This document shows, one piece after another, positions 1 to 9,750 of a stretch of 64,000 bases of DNA. The translations under genes were made by a program, and so were the position numbers. The notes below the pieces were generated by a model. The model was not told the origin of the DNA and did no database searches. It saw only the letters and a list, made by a program, of their open reading frames with translations. This DNA comes from Candidatus Zixiibacteriota bacterium (GTDB taxonomy: Bacteria; RBG-13-66-14; B26-G2; WVWN01), in contig WVWN01000084.1 of the NCBI GenBank assembly GCA_011773985.1, forward strand, positions 23,738 through 87,737, read 5' to 3'. How positions within the stretch are numbered: position 1 is the first letter of the stretch; every line of letters starts with the position of its first letter.

Positions 1-192
1 CCGCAGAGTAATCCACCTGCCGCGCGCCGTCGACGGCGACAAGAGCCGGGCTTTATATCGTGACGGCTTCCTCTTCGTAGTCCTCCCCAAGGTCGAAAGA
101 CCCATCACGATTCATACGACGGTAGAAATTCTCTAACGAAAGTCGCCGTTGCCCGGTCGCGGCCGGGTAACGCGTCAAGGTGGTGCTACGCC

Positions 193-2613
193 GTGCCCAA
201 CGAAGAGAGCCTCGAAACGGTAGAGCTTCCGGAAGTCATGCCGATATTGCCGCTCCGCGGGACCGTCATCTTCCCCTTTATGATCGTCCCCCTCGTCGTG
301 GGCCGGAAGTCGAGCATTAAACTCATAGACGACGCCATCCGCGGCAACCGCATCATCGGCCTCTTCGCGCAAAAAGACCCCGAGACCGAGGACCCAGCGA
401 CCGACGACATATACGGCGTAGGAACGGCGGGCATGATACTCAAAATGCTGCGCATGCCGGACGGCTCGGCCCGGATCATGGTCCAGGGAATCGCCCGGCT
501 CGCGGTCGAAGAATTCGTCGAGGCCGCGCCGTACCTCAAGGCCAAAACGAAACGGCTCGAAAGCCCCGAAACCAAGACCACCAAGATAGAAGCCCTCCAG
601 CGCAACGCCCTCAACCTCTTTCAAAAGATCGTCGAACTCGCGCCCAACCTCCCGGAGGACGCCTACGTCGCGGCTATGAACATCGAAGACGCGGGCAAGC
701 TCGCCGATTTTATATCTTCGAACATAAACGTAGAGCTGACGGAGCGCCAACAGATCCTCGAGGCCGTCGACGTAGGGGCGCGTCTCGAGCAACTCACCTC
801 CATCCTTAACCGCGAGGCCGACCTCTTGGAGCTCGGCTCCAAAATCCAGTCCGAGGCCAAGAGCGAAATGGACAAGGCCCACCGGGACTACTACCTGCGC
901 CAGCAGCTCAAGGCCATCCGCAAGGAGCTGGGGGAGGAGGACCAATACGCCGTAGAAATAGACGAGCTGGAAGAGAAGTTGCTCGAGAAGGCCCTCCCGG
1001 ACGAGGTCCGCGAGGAGGCGACGCGCGAGCTTACCCGCCTTAAAACCATACCGCCCCAGGCCGCGGAGTACGTCGTCGCGCGCACGTACCTGGACTGGAT
1101 CCTCGTGCTGCCGTGGCTCGAAGGCTCCGAGGACAACCTGGACATCTCCCACGCGCGGAAGGTCCTGGACGAGGACCACTACGACCTCGACGACGTCAAG
1201 GAACGCATCCTCGAATACCTCTCCGTGCGCAAGCTCAAGGAGGAGATGAAGGGGCCGATACTCTGCTTCGTGGGGCCGCCGGGCGTGGGCAAAACCTCCG
1301 TGGGCAAGTCCATCGCGCGGGCCGTCGGCCGGAAGTTCATCCGCATGTCCTTGGGGGGCGTGCGGGACGAGGCCGAGATAAGGGGCCACCGGCGGACGTA
1401 CGTCGGCGCGCTGCCCGGCCGGATCATACAGGGGATACGAAAAGCCGGCACGAACAACCCGGTCTTCATGTTGGACGAGGTGGATAAGCTGGGCATGGAC
1501 TTCCGCGGCGACCCGGCCGCGGCGCTGCTCGAGGTCCTCGACCCGGAACAGAACTTCTCCTTCTCCGACCACTACCTCGACCTCCCCTTCGACCTGTCCA
1601 AGGTAATGTTCATAACCACGGCCAACATCCTCGACCCGATACCGCCCGCGCTCAAGGACCGGATGGAGATAATCCGGCTACCCGGTTACACTTTGCCCGA
1701 AAAGCTGGCCATCGCGAAACAATTCCTGATCCCGAAGCAATTCGCCGAGCACGGCTTGGGGAAACGGGGATTGAGAATCGCCGACTCGGCGTTGAAGGAG
1801 ATAATAAGTCGCTACACGCGCGAGGCCGGCGTCCGAAACCTCGAGCGCGCCATCGCGACGATATGCCGCAAGACCGCGCGGCAAATCGTCGAGGAGAAGG
1901 TCAAAAAAATCGCGGTTACGAAGAAGAACCTCGTCGACTACCTCAGAGCGCCGCCCTTCTACCCGGAGACGGCGGGGCGCAAAAGCGAGGTCGGCATCGC
2001 GACCGCCATGGCCTGGACCGCGGTCGGCGGCGTAATACTTTTCATCGAGGCGTTGAAGATGCCCGGGAAAGGCGAGCTCATACTGACGGGTCAGCTCGGC
2101 GACGTGATGCAGGAGTCGGCTCGAGCCGCCTACTCCTACGTCAAGGCGCACGCCAAAGAGCTGGGCATCGACGCCGAGGCCTTCGACAAGTACAACATCC
2201 ACATCCACGTTCCCGCGGGGGCCACGCCCAAGGACGGCCCCTCCGCGGGCGTCGCGATGGCGACGGCCCTCGCCTCGGTCCTCTCGGGCCGGCCGGTCCG
2301 CCACGACCTGGCGATGACGGGCGAGATAACGCTGCGGGGCAAGGTCATGCCCATCGGCGGCGTCAAGGAAAAGCTGTTGGCCGCGGTGCGCGCCAGTATA
2401 CCCAACGTTTTATTCCCGGAGGAGAACGAGAGCGACGTCCTCGAAATTGAACCGGAACACCGCGACAAGGTCGACGTGGCGTACGCGAGGACCATCGGCG
2501 ACGTACTGAAGGAAGCGCTGACGGACGGCGGGCCGGCACGCCCAAGCGGAAAGACGCCAAAGCCTAAGCGGAAGCCGCGCGAAAAGGAATCGGAACCGGT
2601 CGCCGCGGAATGA
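193..2613 (+). CDS. lon: ATP-dependent Lon protease (806 aa)
   Basis: Full-length ORF with an N-terminal LON substrate-binding region (LPLRGTVIFPFMIVPL), Walker A GPPGVGKTS and the C-terminal protease motif PKDGPSAG. GTG start is preceded by AAGGTGG. Confidence 0.95.
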   Translation: MPNEESLETVELPEVMPILPLRGTVIFPFMIVPLVVGRKSSIKLIDDAIRGNRIIGLFAQKDPETEDPATDDIYGVGTAGMILKMLRMPDGSARIMVQGIARLAVEEFVEAAPYLKAKTKRLESPETKTTKIEALQRNALNLFQKIVELAPNLPEDAYVAAMNIEDAGKLADFISSNINVELTERQQILEAVDVGARLEQLTSILNREADLLELGSKIQSEAKSEMDKAHRDYYLRQQLKAIRKELGEEDQYAVEIDELEEKLLEKALPDEVREEATRELTRLKTIPPQAAEYVVARTYLDWILVLPWLEGSEDNLDISHARKVLDEDHYDLDDVKERILEYLSVRKLKEEMKGPILCFVGPPGVGKTSVGKSIARAVGRKFIRMSLGGVRDEAEIRGHRRTYVGALPGRIIQGIRKAGTNNPVFMLDEVDKLGMDFRGDPAAALLEVLDPEQNFSFSDHYLDLPFDLSKVMFITTANILDPIPPALKDRMEIIRLPGYTLPEKLAIAKQFLIPKQFAEHGLGKRGLRIADSALKEIISRYTREAGVRNLERAIATICRKTARQIVEEKVKKIAVTKKNLVDYLRAPPFYPETAGRKSEVGIATAMAWTAVGGVILFIEALKMPGKGELILTGQLGDVMQESARAAYSYVKAHAKELGIDAEAFDKYNIHIHVPAGATPKDGPSAGVAMATALASVLSGRPVRHDLAMTGEITLRGKVMPIGGVKEKLLAAVRASIPNVLFPEENESDVLEIEPEHRDKVDVAYARTIGDVLKEALTDGGPARPSGKTPKPKRKPREKESEPVAAE

Positions 2614-2633
2614 AAACGTTAAACGCCTCAAGC

Positions 2634-2666
2634 GAAAAAAACGCCCCGCGCGAGGGGGGCGTTTCG
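2634..2666. terminator. Bidirectional intrinsic terminator between convergent lon and the cyclase gene
   Basis: Hairpin ACGCCCC-(loop GCGCGAGG)-GGGGCGT, flanked by an A-run upstream and TTT downstream. Confidence 0.6.
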
Positions 2667-2744
2667 CATATTTAAAACCGTCAAGCGGCGCGAGAATTCC
2701 CACCGCCGTCTTCCCCCCTCCTCGCGAAACTCCCGCCCCGGGCC

Positions 2745-4151
2745 CTACTCCCCGGCGCCGTCGCGCATCTTCACAACCTCGAACAATCCTATTTTCTCGC
2801 GCCTCCCCTTCAGCTCGGCAAGGCCCAGCGAATTGGCGTCTACGTAATCGTCGACGCGGCGGTACGCTCCCTCCGCCAGGATGATCTGGCCGCCCTCGGT
2901 GTAGGTCTGTATCCGCTGGGCGATGTTCACCGTATCGCCGATGACGGTATAGTCCATCCGCTCGCGCGAGCCGATATTCCCCACGACGGCCTCGCCGAAG
3001 TTGATGCCGATGCCGACGAGCACGGGCTCCTCGCCGCCCAACTCCCGGGCGAGGTTGAACTTGCGGAGGCGCTCGCGCATATCGACCGCGGCGCGCACGG
3101 CGTTGAGCGTGCTGTTCGGCTGCTCGAGCGGCGCGCCGAAGATCGCCATAAGGCCGTCGCCCAGGAACTTATCGAGCGTTCCCTCGTAGCGGAAGACGAC
3201 TTCGGTCATGTAGGTGAGGTAGACGTTGAGCATCGTCACGACTTGCTCCGGGGCAAGCGTCTCGGCGATTAGCGTGAAGCCGCGAATGTCGGCGAAGAGG
3301 ACCGCGACCTCTTTGCGCTGCCCCTTGAGCGTCGAGATATATTTCTCCGGGTCGTTGAGTATCAGCCCGGCGACCTGGCGGGATACGTAGCGGCTGAACG
3401 CGTCGGCTATGAGCTCTTTCTCGCCGAGGGACCTCGCCATCTCGTTGAACGCGCGCGTGAGGTGGCCCACCTCGTCGCGGGTCGTAATACGTACCTGCGT
3501 AGAATAGCCATTACCCTTCTGGATCTTACGGACGCCGTCCATTAAACGGTCGATGGGCCGCGTGATAAACCCGGCTAAAACGAACGAGCCCAAAAGGCCT
3601 CCGAGTAAGGCCCCGGCGAATATCAGGCCTATCGTTATCCTCGTGCGGTTCACGGCCTCCGTGACGCCCTTCTGCGATATGCCCACGTGGACCTCGCCTA
3701 TGGCCTTTCGCCCGGCGAGCATAATGGCGACGCCGACGTCGTACAACGGCCCCCACCTGGCGGCGTCGTAGGTCTGGCTTAAAAATTCGCGGCCGGCCAA
3801 AGGCTCGACGCCGCGGGGCGGCTCGTAGGGCTTACCCAGAAAGGGCGTGAACTCCTCGTGCGCGGCGTCGCGGTAGCCGACGATGCGCCCCTCCTCGCCC
3901 ACGACGACCGCATAAACTACGCCCGGGTTCGCCATAGCGTCGGTCGTGAATCGCGCTATGTAAAGGTCGTCGCCCTGAGAGACGGGGTCCTCGACGTTCG
4001 CGGCGAGGTTACGCGCCAGCGCCTCGCCCCGCATCTCGATTTCCCTCCGAAGGGAGGTCTCCATACGGCGCGTAATGACGAAACCCGCGCCGACCGTAAC
4101 TACGAACGTCAACAGGACGACGAACAGCGCGATCTTAAATTTGAGGGGCAT
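2745..4151 (-). CDS. Membrane-bound class III adenylate/guanylate cyclase with periplasmic sensor region and HAMP linker (468 aa)
   Basis: Start moved to the ATG at 4151, which has GGAGG just upstream; the upstream part of the 542-aa ORF is Arg/Gly-rich read-through. Two TM segments flank a periplasmic region of about 170 aa. HAMP-like TRPIDRLMDGVRK...AFNEMARSL is followed by a cyclase core (VAVLFADIRGFT, GDGLMAIFGAP, GINFGEAVVGNIGS). Confidence 0.88.
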   Translation of the reverse strand: MPLKFKIALFVVLLTFVVTVGAGFVITRRMETSLRREIEMRGEALARNLAANVEDPVSQGDDLYIARFTTDAMANPGVVYAVVVGEEGRIVGYRDAAHEEFTPFLGKPYEPPRGVEPLAGREFLSQTYDAARWGPLYDVGVAIMLAGRKAIGEVHVGISQKGVTEAVNRTRITIGLIFAGALLGGLLGSFVLAGFITRPIDRLMDGVRKIQKGNGYSTQVRITTRDEVGHLTRAFNEMARSLGEKELIADAFSRYVSRQVAGLILNDPEKYISTLKGQRKEVAVLFADIRGFTLIAETLAPEQVVTMLNVYLTYMTEVVFRYEGTLDKFLGDGLMAIFGAPLEQPNSTLNAVRAAVDMRERLRKFNLARELGGEEPVLVGIGINFGEAVVGNIGSRERMDYTVIGDTVNIAQRIQTYTEGGQIILAEGAYRRVDDYVDANSLGLAELKGRREKIGLFEVVKMRDGAGE

Positions 4152-4180
4152 AAGACCTCCAGCGTCGCGCGGCCGCGGCA

Positions 4181-6820
4181 TTACTTCAGGACCGCCAACT
4201 TCTTCGTCACCGACGCCACCTCGCCCGTCGCTACCGCGCGCGCCGTCAACGTGAAGAAATAAACGTCGGCGCCGATGCCGGAGACGTCCCACGGCAAGCC
4301 TCTTTCCCCGGAATAAGCCTGGGCGTAACTCCCGATTTCGCCCACGAGCCGGCCCCGCATATCGTATATACACACGTTGACGTCGCTATCGCGCGTGACG
4401 AGAAAATGGAAATACCCCATGTCTTCGCGACAGGGATTGGGATAAAAGTAGACGTATTCCTTCGGCAAGAACTCGGGAGGCAGGATGAAGATGGGGGCCG
4501 CGGTGGCGTCGCCCCAGTTGGCGAACGCATCCTGCGCCCGCACGTAGACGATGAGCCGCGTCTCGCGCCGAGGTTGGCCGCCTATATCCGTCTCGGCGAA
4601 GACGGTCACCTTCGGCGATTTGAACTCGCCCTCCATCGGCTCCCCTTGGCCGGGGGGCGCCGGTTCTCTCCCGACCGAGAATTCCGCGGCCGCTATATTG
4701 GAATTGCCCCTTTTGGTGTCGTCCGCGGTCGCCGTTATCCGGACCTCAGTCTCGCCGTAAGTGGGATTAGGCTCGACCTTCACGTCGTAAACAATAGGGC
4801 CTTCGCGTTCACCTCGGAACGGCTCGCTGATAACGGGGCCGCCGCCCGAGCCGACGGTAAACGAAAACTTATACCGGCCGCCAGGCTCGCCGTCGCCGTC
4901 CGGGTCGATTTCTTTGCCGCGCGAGTCGAGGATCCTACGCCCGGGGGTACTTTCCAACGTCACGGTTATCGCGTCGTCAGCCTCGAACACGTCGTGGTAG
5001 ACCGTGAATTCGAAGTTGTCCTTGCGATAGATGTATCTCGGCCAATTGTATTGGCGCCTTTTACCCCTTATGACGACGTTCTCTTTCTTTATGGTCTCGG
5101 GTCTAACGCCCTTCGAGAACCAAAACGTAATGGGCACTTCGGCGGCCTGTTTCTCGGCCCGGTTCGGTGGATAAGTTTCGACGACCTTGCCGTAGGGAGA
5201 TAACATCGCGAGGCGCACTCTCTTGAGCACGGGCGGGAACTTTAGGCCTTCCGGCACGTCCAGACGGACTTTATATTGAACGAACCTCTTGTTATCGAGT
5301 TCGGCGGGCAAAGGCTGGCCGGGCGGCGCCTCGAGCCACGCGGGTTCGCCCGTTTGCGAGCCGCCGGGCGTTTTGAAGGCGTCGTAATCGTCGGCCGCGC
5401 GCAACCAGAACTTCGCGCCCCCGGAAGCCATCGCTCCCTCGAACTCGAGCTTTTTATATCGGACCAACTTATCCTCGGCGTCGTATACGGACGAGTACAG
5501 CTCGCCGCCCGAGTTGAAGCCGGCGAACCTTCGCGCGAAAACGAGGCCTCCCTTTTCGTAGGCCACGAAGTTGCCCCAAAAATCGGTCCCCGACGTTACG
5601 CCGACGACGTCCCGCGCGACGCCGCCGTCACCTTTGACCACGCCCCAATCGCCGGTGCCCGGATGTCGGGCGACGTAAACTTGATTGAAGTTGTCTCCCA
5701 ACGCCGCGACGGCCCCTTCGCCGCCGAACTCGTCGACCGCGACGAACGCGTTAAGGGTCGCGGCACCGACGGCCGCGGGGGTCACGTCCTCCCAGTAGAT
5801 GTAATCCTTGGTCCGGAACAGGCGCGCCTTGGGGCCCGGCGAACAGCCGCCCGCGGCGGCGTAGATATAATCGCCCACCTTGGCGAGGTCGTTGATGCCC
5901 CCGGCGGTGAGGTTGCCGACGCGCCGCGCGTACCACCTCTGCTCGCTTTTTTTCCACTGGTAGGCCATACCCATAGGCTCCGTACCGGCCAGAACGCCGG
6001 CTTCGGTCGCGTAAAGCGAAATTACCCCTTTAGCCTCCGCGAGCTTGCCGCCTAAAAGGGCCCAGCCGCGGGGATGGCGACGATACACCTCGGCCTCGCC
6101 GACCTTGGTACCCGTAACCCCCACGTAAACTTCGGCCGCCGCGGGCGCCGGCCCCGCGGCGACCGCGCTGAACCCCTTGAGCTGCATGGGCGGAACCCGC
6201 GGGTTCTCGTCGGGGGGTACGGAAACCCACGGCGGCGTGGGCACCGCTCCGGCGCGGTAGAACAACGGCGTCTTTTTTAGCGTTTGGCTCTGTACGAAAG
6301 TCGACGCGTATATATATCCCGACGTCGCCGTTCGCAACCAGGACAACGCGGTGACCCGGACCGAGCTGAACCCCTCGCTATCTTTGACGGGCGATACCTT
6401 CCAACTCGAGCCGCCGCGGTCTTCGGCGTAGCAAACGACGCCGGTGTTGGCTTGCGCACCCTTGCCGACGCCGCCGCACAAAATAGCCGTCTTGCCTTCC
6501 AACGTCGAAACGGAGAAGCGGCTGGCGCTCGCCATAAGCAACTCGCGCGGCGGCGCCCACGCGCTCCCCGGGCTGAGCCAAGGCGGCATAAACTCTAAGT
6601 CGACCCCCGCCGTCTTCCCCCAATAGGAGTTCTTGCCGTTCCAACCCTTCTCGGCCGGGCCGTCCCAACGGTCCTGGGTCCAAGCGACCTCGTAACCGCC
6701 CTCCGCCCCGGCAATCGCACGGGAGCTCCCGGCCGCCCCGCCTATAACCCCTTTCGCCGCGGCGCCGTGCCACACGTAAAAGCCTGCGAGCAACGAGGCC
6801 GCGATCAACTTCTTGAACAC
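4181..6820 (-). CDS. Large secreted protein with T9SS-type C-terminal sorting domain, paralogue A (about 879 aa)
   Basis: The ORF is open to 6868. The likely start is GTG 6820, preceded by GAAGGGGG and giving the signal peptide VFKKLIAASLLAGFYVWHGAAA. The C-terminus YFYPNPCREDMGYFHFLV...VNVCIYDMRGRLV...DVYFFTLTA...KKLAVLK matches the T9SS/FlgD-Ig-like CTD pattern. The protein is collinear with the downstream paralogue. Confidence 0.8.
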   Translation of the reverse strand: MFKKLIAASLLAGFYVWHGAAAKGVIGGAAGSSRAIAGAEGGYEVAWTQDRWDGPAEKGWNGKNSYWGKTAGVDLEFMPPWLSPGSAWAPPRELLMASASRFSVSTLEGKTAILCGGVGKGAQANTGVVCYAEDRGGSSWKVSPVKDSEGFSSVRVTALSWLRTATSGYIYASTFVQSQTLKKTPLFYRAGAVPTPPWVSVPPDENPRVPPMQLKGFSAVAAGPAPAAAEVYVGVTGTKVGEAEVYRRHPRGWALLGGKLAEAKGVISLYATEAGVLAGTEPMGMAYQWKKSEQRWYARRVGNLTAGGINDLAKVGDYIYAAAGGCSPGPKARLFRTKDYIYWEDVTPAAVGAATLNAFVAVDEFGGEGAVAALGDNFNQVYVARHPGTGDWGVVKGDGGVARDVVGVTSGTDFWGNFVAYEKGGLVFARRFAGFNSGGELYSSVYDAEDKLVRYKKLEFEGAMASGGAKFWLRAADDYDAFKTPGGSQTGEPAWLEAPPGQPLPAELDNKRFVQYKVRLDVPEGLKFPPVLKRVRLAMLSPYGKVVETYPPNRAEKQAAEVPITFWFSKGVRPETIKKENVVIRGKRRQYNWPRYIYRKDNFEFTVYHDVFEADDAITVTLESTPGRRILDSRGKEIDPDGDGEPGGRYKFSFTVGSGGGPVISEPFRGEREGPIVYDVKVEPNPTYGETEVRITATADDTKRGNSNIAAAEFSVGREPAPPGQGEPMEGEFKSPKVTVFAETDIGGQPRRETRLIVYVRAQDAFANWGDATAAPIFILPPEFLPKEYVYFYPNPCREDMGYFHFLVTRDSDVNVCIYDMRGRLVGEIGSYAQAYSGERGLPWDVSGIGADVYFFTLTARAVATGEVASVTKKLAVLK

Positions 6821-7026
6821 TACACCCCCTTCGAAAACCCGCGTCCGTCCCGTGCCGGTTGGCGCCACGTACGCGGCAACCGGCCGGGCGTGACAATCAA
6901 AAAACCCCCGAGGCGCGACCGAACGCCGACGCCGTTCCTTAGCGCGTAGACGTCAGTCGGTACCGTGGCCGCACGGTGGCCGGTTTGCGCCGGCGAGGCC
7001 GCCCACCGCCACCTCGGCCGTAAACG

Positions 7027-9705
7027 TCACCTCAAGACCGCCAATTTTTTGGTAACCGAAGCCTCCTCGCCGTCCTCGTGCGAGCGGGCCGTCAGCCGGA
7101 AGATGTAGACGTCCGCGCCCACGCCCGAGATATCCCACCTCAAGCTATCGCTGGAAAAAGCTCTGACGTCGGCCTCAATTTCATCAACCAGCCGGCCCCT
7201 AATATCGTATACGCGGACGTTAACGTTGCTGTTTTTAGTAACCAGATAATGGAAATACCCGGTATCGCCGCGGCACGGGTTGGGATAAAAATAAACGTAC
7301 TCTTTAGGCAAGAACTCGGGGGGCCGAACGAAGATAGTAGCCGCCGTCGGGTCTCCCCAGTTGCCGGCCACATCCTTAGCCCGGACGTAAACCATCAGCC
7401 GCTCCTCGCCGGCGCCCACGCCGCCAATGTCGGCTACCGCCCAAACGGTTATCTTCGGGTAATGGCCGAAATCCCCCTCCATCGGTTTACCCTTCCCCGC
7501 GGGGGCCGGGCTACGGCCGAAGGAGTACTCCGCGGCTACGATGTTCGAGCGGCCGGTCTCGGTGTCGTCCGCGACGGCCGTAATTTTAACCTCTCGTGCG
7601 CCGTACGTGGGGTTCGGCTCGACCGCGACGTCGTAGACCTTGGGCCCTTCGGTCTCGCCGCCGCCATCTTTGCCGACGTTAAAGGAAAATTTATACATGC
7701 CCCCTCTGTCGCCGTCGCCGTCGGGGTCGATCTCTTCGCCCCAGTAGTCGAGGATCTCGCGGTCTTTGATGCTCTCCAAAACCACGGTGATTTGGTCGTA
7801 GGCCTTGAATTTCTCGTGGTTTATAACGAACTCGTCGGTGAACGGCGGATTCTCGCCCCACCACGCGTACTCTTCGCCTTCCCTGCCTTTAATTTTCAGA
7901 TTATAGCGGGTTATGGTCGCCGTTCGAACGTCTTTCGAAAAAACGAATTTGATGGGTACGTCGACTTTTTGGTTGGTTGCGCCTTTCGCGGGATACGTCC
8001 CGGTAACTTTGCCCCACGTCTGGAACGTCACCACGCGGACCTTCTTGACGACGGGAGGGAACTTCTGGCCGTCCGGAACGTCGAGTTGGACCTTGTACTG
8101 GATATATCTCTTACCGTTTAGTTCGGGAGGCAAAGGTTGCCCGGGCGAAACGTTTACCCAGGGTGGTTCGCCCGACCCCCACCCCTCGGGGGTTTTGAGG
8201 GCGTCGTAGTCGCGGGACGCGCGCAACCAGAACTTCGCGCCCCCGGAAGCCAGCGGCCCCTCGAACTCGAGCTTTTTATATTCGACCAACTTATCGTGGG
8301 AATCGAATACCGACGAGTAAAGTACGCCGTCCTTTTTGAACCCCTGAAATTTCCGGGCGTAAACGCCGCCGCTCACGCAGGCGACAAAATTTCCCCAGAA
8401 ATCGGTACCCGAGGCCACGCGGGCCAGGTCCTTCCCGCTTCCGCCGTCGCCCTTGACCAAGCCCCAACCGCCCGCCTCCGGCGAGTGGGCTACGAAAATC
8501 TGGCCGAAGGAGTCGCCCAAGGCGGCGACGGCGCCGTCCTTGCCGAACGCGTCCACCGCGACGAACGCTTTTAGCGCGCCCGCGGCGGAGCCTTTGGGGG
8601 TAACGTCGGCCCACTGGGCGTAATTGTCTTTGGCCCGGAACAGGCGGGCCTTGGGCTCAGGCGAGCAATTCCCCAAGGCGGCGTATACGTAATCGCCCAC
8701 CGGGGCGAGGTCGTATATCACGCCGGCCGTGAGCTGCCCCACCCGCCTTTCTTCCCATTTTTTCCGGTTTTTATCCCACTCGTAAACCAGGCCGTTGGGC
8801 CCGGTCCCGGCCAAGACGCCCGTCGGGACCGTGCAAAGCGAATAAACCCCCTTTGCCCTCGGAAGCCCGGCGCTACCCAAAAGCTCCCAATTCCGCGGGT
8901 AATTAAAATGATAAACCTTCGCGGCGCCCGCGCCCGGAACGGTACCCAAGTAAACTTCCGGGTTCGTGCCGGCCGCCCCCGGCGAGATAGCGGTAAACGC
9001 GTAGAGACCTCGGGGCGGAATAAGGGGAGAGCTCTGCTCCGGGGCCGAAACCCAATAGGACGACGGCACGACGCCGCCGCGGTAAAATAACGGCGTCTTG
9101 GGCGTTGACACGTTTGGCATACGCGTCGCGGCGCATATATATCCCGACGTAGACGTAGGGAACCAGCACAAGTCGAAAACTCTTTTGGCCTTGAACCCCC
9201 TGCTGTCGCCGACCTCCGAGACCTTCCAACTTGCGCCTTCCCTATCCTCCGCGTAACAGACAACGCCGGTATCGGCGTACGGGCCGGTACCGACGCCGCC
9301 AAATAGGATGCAGGTTTTCCCGGCGGCGGAGGAAACGGCGAAACGGCCAGCCGCGGCCAAAGGGAGGTCGCGCCGCGCCGCCCACGAGGACGCGGGGGCC
9401 AGCGACGGTTCCATAAAGGCCAAGTCGACGTCGTCGGTCTTCTTCCAATAGGAGTTCTTGCCATCCCACTGTTTCTGGACGGGCCTACCCCAACCATCCT
9501 GTTCCAACGATTTATCGTAACCGCCGTCCGGGGCGAATGGGGGCAGCCGTGTCCCGGCCGCCAAGGCCGCGGCGCGAGCCCCGGCCGCTTTGGCGCGAAG
9601 CCCCTCGGCCAATTTTATTTTCCGGGCTTCGCCGTTCGGCGCCGCGGCGCTCCTCCAAACAAACAGGGTGCACAACGCCGACGCGGCAAATACTCTCCTA
9701 AGCAC
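7027..9705 (-). CDS. Large secreted protein with T9SS-type C-terminal sorting domain, paralogue B (892 aa)
   Basis: Signal peptide MLRRVFAASALCTLFVWRSAAA. It shares long identical blocks with paralogue A (GKNSYW, TGVVCYAEDR, KTPLFYR, PKARLFR, SGTDFWGNFVA, YKKLEFEG, ASGGAKFWLRA, IDPDGDG, VEPNPTYG, PPEFLPKEYVYFYPNPCR, ASVTKKLAVL). Confidence 0.85.
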   Translation of the reverse strand: MLRRVFAASALCTLFVWRSAAAPNGEARKIKLAEGLRAKAAGARAAALAAGTRLPPFAPDGGYDKSLEQDGWGRPVQKQWDGKNSYWKKTDDVDLAFMEPSLAPASSWAARRDLPLAAAGRFAVSSAAGKTCILFGGVGTGPYADTGVVCYAEDREGASWKVSEVGDSRGFKAKRVFDLCWFPTSTSGYICAATRMPNVSTPKTPLFYRGGVVPSSYWVSAPEQSSPLIPPRGLYAFTAISPGAAGTNPEVYLGTVPGAGAAKVYHFNYPRNWELLGSAGLPRAKGVYSLCTVPTGVLAGTGPNGLVYEWDKNRKKWEERRVGQLTAGVIYDLAPVGDYVYAALGNCSPEPKARLFRAKDNYAQWADVTPKGSAAGALKAFVAVDAFGKDGAVAALGDSFGQIFVAHSPEAGGWGLVKGDGGSGKDLARVASGTDFWGNFVACVSGGVYARKFQGFKKDGVLYSSVFDSHDKLVEYKKLEFEGPLASGGAKFWLRASRDYDALKTPEGWGSGEPPWVNVSPGQPLPPELNGKRYIQYKVQLDVPDGQKFPPVVKKVRVVTFQTWGKVTGTYPAKGATNQKVDVPIKFVFSKDVRTATITRYNLKIKGREGEEYAWWGENPPFTDEFVINHEKFKAYDQITVVLESIKDREILDYWGEEIDPDGDGDRGGMYKFSFNVGKDGGGETEGPKVYDVAVEPNPTYGAREVKITAVADDTETGRSNIVAAEYSFGRSPAPAGKGKPMEGDFGHYPKITVWAVADIGGVGAGEERLMVYVRAKDVAGNWGDPTAATIFVRPPEFLPKEYVYFYPNPCRGDTGYFHYLVTKNSNVNVRVYDIRGRLVDEIEADVRAFSSDSLRWDISGVGADVYIFRLTARSHEDGEEASVTKKLAVLR

Positions 9706-9750
9706 GTGCTTTCCCTTCGCGCAACTCTCTACGCCTCCGCGTCGTCATCA

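Noticed and set aside
175-1572. 465-aa ORF antisense to lon. Similar long antisense or out-of-frame ORFs occur at 19212-21266, 31597-33366, 37559-39451, 42881-44749, 45286-46455, 50506-51645 and 60616-62643.
   Set aside because: Each lies entirely inside a gene with unmistakable family motifs on the other strand or in another frame. Their translations are Arg/Gly/Pro/Ala-rich with no motifs, which is typical of stop-codon-poor high-GC DNA.
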